From: Minisyncoccota bacterium
GTDB taxonomy: Bacteria > Patescibacteriota > Minisyncoccia > Phycocordibacterales > JBAYGS01
NCBI GenBank assembly: GCA_041666545.1
Contig: JBAYGS010000001.1
Span: forward strand, 217,942 to 281,941
Reading direction: 5' to 3'
Length of the DNA: 64,000 nt
Positions 63,301 through 64,000 of the stretch are shown in pieces. The first letter of the stretch is position 1. Each line of letters starts with the position of its first letter. The notes beneath the pieces were generated by a model that saw only the letters and a program-made list of their open reading frames with translations, had not been told where the DNA came from and did not search any database. The position numbers and the translations under genes were made by a program.

Positions 63301-63999
63301 TTTTTTCAAATCAATACCCTTGAGCAAGTTGAAGACCGCCTCGGCGCCGATTGAAGCTTCAAATAAACCGCCGTATTTAACTGAATATTTGTGATAAGTG
63401 ACTTCGTCGATAATTGCCCCCTCTTTAACATCTTCGATTTCTTTCTTGGTGGTAAGCAAAAGCTCTTTTAGGGCTTCCTTGGTCTTTTCATCGTTAACCG
63501 ACTTAACTTTGCTCTTGTATTCGGAATCCAATTCTTTTAGCACCCGCTCTTTTTGAGCCGGCACAACTTTGGTGATGATGTAGCTGGCAAAATAGATAAC
63601 CTTCTCCAATTCGGCGGCCGGCATACCCAAAATCAAACCGATTCGAGATGGCATACTGCGCAAGAACCAAATATGAGAAACCGGCGAGGCCAATTCGATA
63701 TGACCCATGCGCTCCCGTCTCACAATTGAACGAGTAATTTCAACCCCACACTTCTCGCAGACAATTCCTTTATAACGGATACCTCGGTACTTTCCGCAGT
63801 AACATTCATGGTCTCGATCCGGGCCGAAAATTTTCTCGTCGAAAAGACCGCTCTTCTCGCTTCTTTGAGTTCGGTAATTGATAGTTTCCGGCTTGGTGAC
63901 TTCCCCGTGTGACCACTCTTTGATTCTCTCCGGCGAGGCCAGACGCAACGCGACGGCATTGAAATCTAGGAGGTCTTCTTTTTTAATTTGTTTTAACAT
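60310..63999 (-). CDS. rpoC: DNA-directed RNA polymerase subunit beta' (complete; start codon is 1 nt inside the window edge)
   Basis: [14 protein letters not shown] catalytic motif, zinc-binding CxxC pairs, 1229 aa. Confidence 0.95.
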   Translation of the reverse strand: MLKQIKKEDLLDFNAVALRLASPERIKEWSHGEVTKPETINYRTQRSEKSGLFDEKIFGPDRDHECYCGKYRGIRYKGIVCEKCGVEITRSIVRRERMGHIELASPVSHIWFLRSMPSRIGLILGMPAAELEKVIYFASYIITKVVPAQKERVLKELDSEYKSKVKSVNDEKTKEALKELLLTTKKEIEDVKEGAIIDEVTYHKYSVKYGGLFEASIGAEAVFNLLKGIDLKKLLVTVTEQLETVSAAEREKLQKRVSLVKSMVRSGVRPEWMFLTSIPVIPPALRPMVALDGGRYATSDVNDLYRRVINRNNRLQKLKEISAPEVILRNEKRILQEAVDSLLDNSIRHGSNSAGALSQAQKRPLKSLADNLKGKRGLLRGNLLGKRVDYSGRSVIVVGPTLRLNQCGLPKHMALELFRPFVISKILEKELAYNIRGAGRLIDEGVPEVWAILEDIIKDKYVLLNRAPTLHRLGIQAFQPILIEGNAIQVHPLVCTAFNADFDGDQMAVHVPLSKEAQMEAREIMASDKNILKPGSGDPIISAKLLDIIFGCYWMTKLEENGLGEGKIFPGPNSAITARTYGVVGIRSKIKILANDSKKFSGFNGEIFETSVGRLLFNGVLPEDYPYINKEINKKALAKIIDDVMGRYGIDKTPEILDRIKAFGFKYATVSGVTWGIDDVMIPEEKTEIVAKAKKKASEVKEQFNEGLLSEEEKRRINIEIWQSAKTELEKVIPNSLDQNGPVHDMVESGARGSLGNITQMVGMKGLIQSTSGETIEFPILSCMKEGLTPIEYFITTHGSRKGLTDTALNTAKAGYLTRRLFDVAHDVIITEDDCGTKEGAIIRKDLSLGMDVSIAKSIKGRFLPDDLVHNGKVLFKKGHLLTKVEAQEIEDAQITEVKVRSPLTCKTSQGICAKCYGLDLGKGKPVELGEAVGTVAAQAIGEPGTQLTMRTFHAGGTASVGGDITQGLPRVEEVFEKRSPKNPAVVNRVDGMVTEIKTDGKEKIIVVTPEIHDKSKTKKKAEVEYLVHYKRMPLVKVGDKVLKGDIITDGSADIDEVFKYAGKERAESYIISEVSKLYELQGERVARRHIEIIVRQMFSRKRVKEAGDSEFSVGDVIENRHLSQVNDEIKEKNLLEAKADSVVMGITEVSLSRRSFLSAASFQHTSRVLISSAVRGSVDHLAGLKENVILGRLIPAGTGFRGSPKEIMLRSIKQEVREDYFDGSGEAY

Positions 64000-64000
64000 G

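Overview
This 64-kb window looks like it comes from a small-genome, Patescibacteria/CPR-like bacterium. Genes are compact and many encode tiny hypothetical proteins; coaB and coaC are split; there is an RRM-type RNA-binding protein and an rpoC-dnaG-rpoD arrangement. The genetic code appears standard, because TGA stops sit at sensible ATGA overlaps and in front of terminators. Coordinates that I derived by hand rather than from the ORF track may be off by 1-2 nt.

Recognisable housekeeping genes are priA (3' end only, at the left edge), def-fmt, a membrane-anchored cyclophilin, hpf, truB, tlyA, hisS, rpoD, dnaG and a complete rpoC on the minus strand at the right edge. There is also an ECF sigma factor followed by a small membrane protein, a MacAB-like ABC efflux set (HlyD adaptor, ATPase, FtsX permease) and a NitT/TauT-type ABC importer. 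Further housekeeping genes are MFS and ZIP transporters, a DsbA-like oxidoreductase, a UvrD-type helicase-nuclease, two DEDD exonucleases and an RlmI-like SAM methyltransferase.

The non-coding content is unusually rich:
- A tRNA-Asn(GUU) is interrupted in its anticodon loop by a ~210-nt group I intron. A frameshifted HNH endonuclease gene lies just upstream, and an array of direct repeats of the tRNA 3' end lies just downstream.
- Three copies of a MITE-like element carry CCCGTTAGAGAT terminal inverted repeats and 4-bp flanking duplications.
- A modular intergenic repeat family is built around a perfect 20-bp palindrome (CCTGCCTGCCGGCAGGCAGG) and a 21-nt CACGACACAAATACACGAATG motif.
- Two unrelated loci share a 36-nt hairpin.
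- There are many intrinsic terminators and several near-consensus sigma-70 promoters (TTGACA-16/17-TATAAT-like).

Two gene neighbourhoods stand out as candidate uncharacterised systems.
- The first is a ~12-kb block entirely on the minus strand (16559-28449). It encodes two paralogous proteins that fuse a sulfonate/NMT1-type binding domain to an OmpA-like peptidoglycan-binding domain, a VWA lipoprotein, a classical-clade AAA+ ATPase, XpaC-like and TelA-like proteins, and a NitT/TauT ABC importer with a related binding protein. The block is punctuated by the palindromic repeat, and two of its promoters share an identical 26-nt promoter/leader block.
- The second is a ParB-nuclease-like protein, an HTH protein and a 561-aa GHKL (Bergerat-fold) ATPase at 36646-40050.
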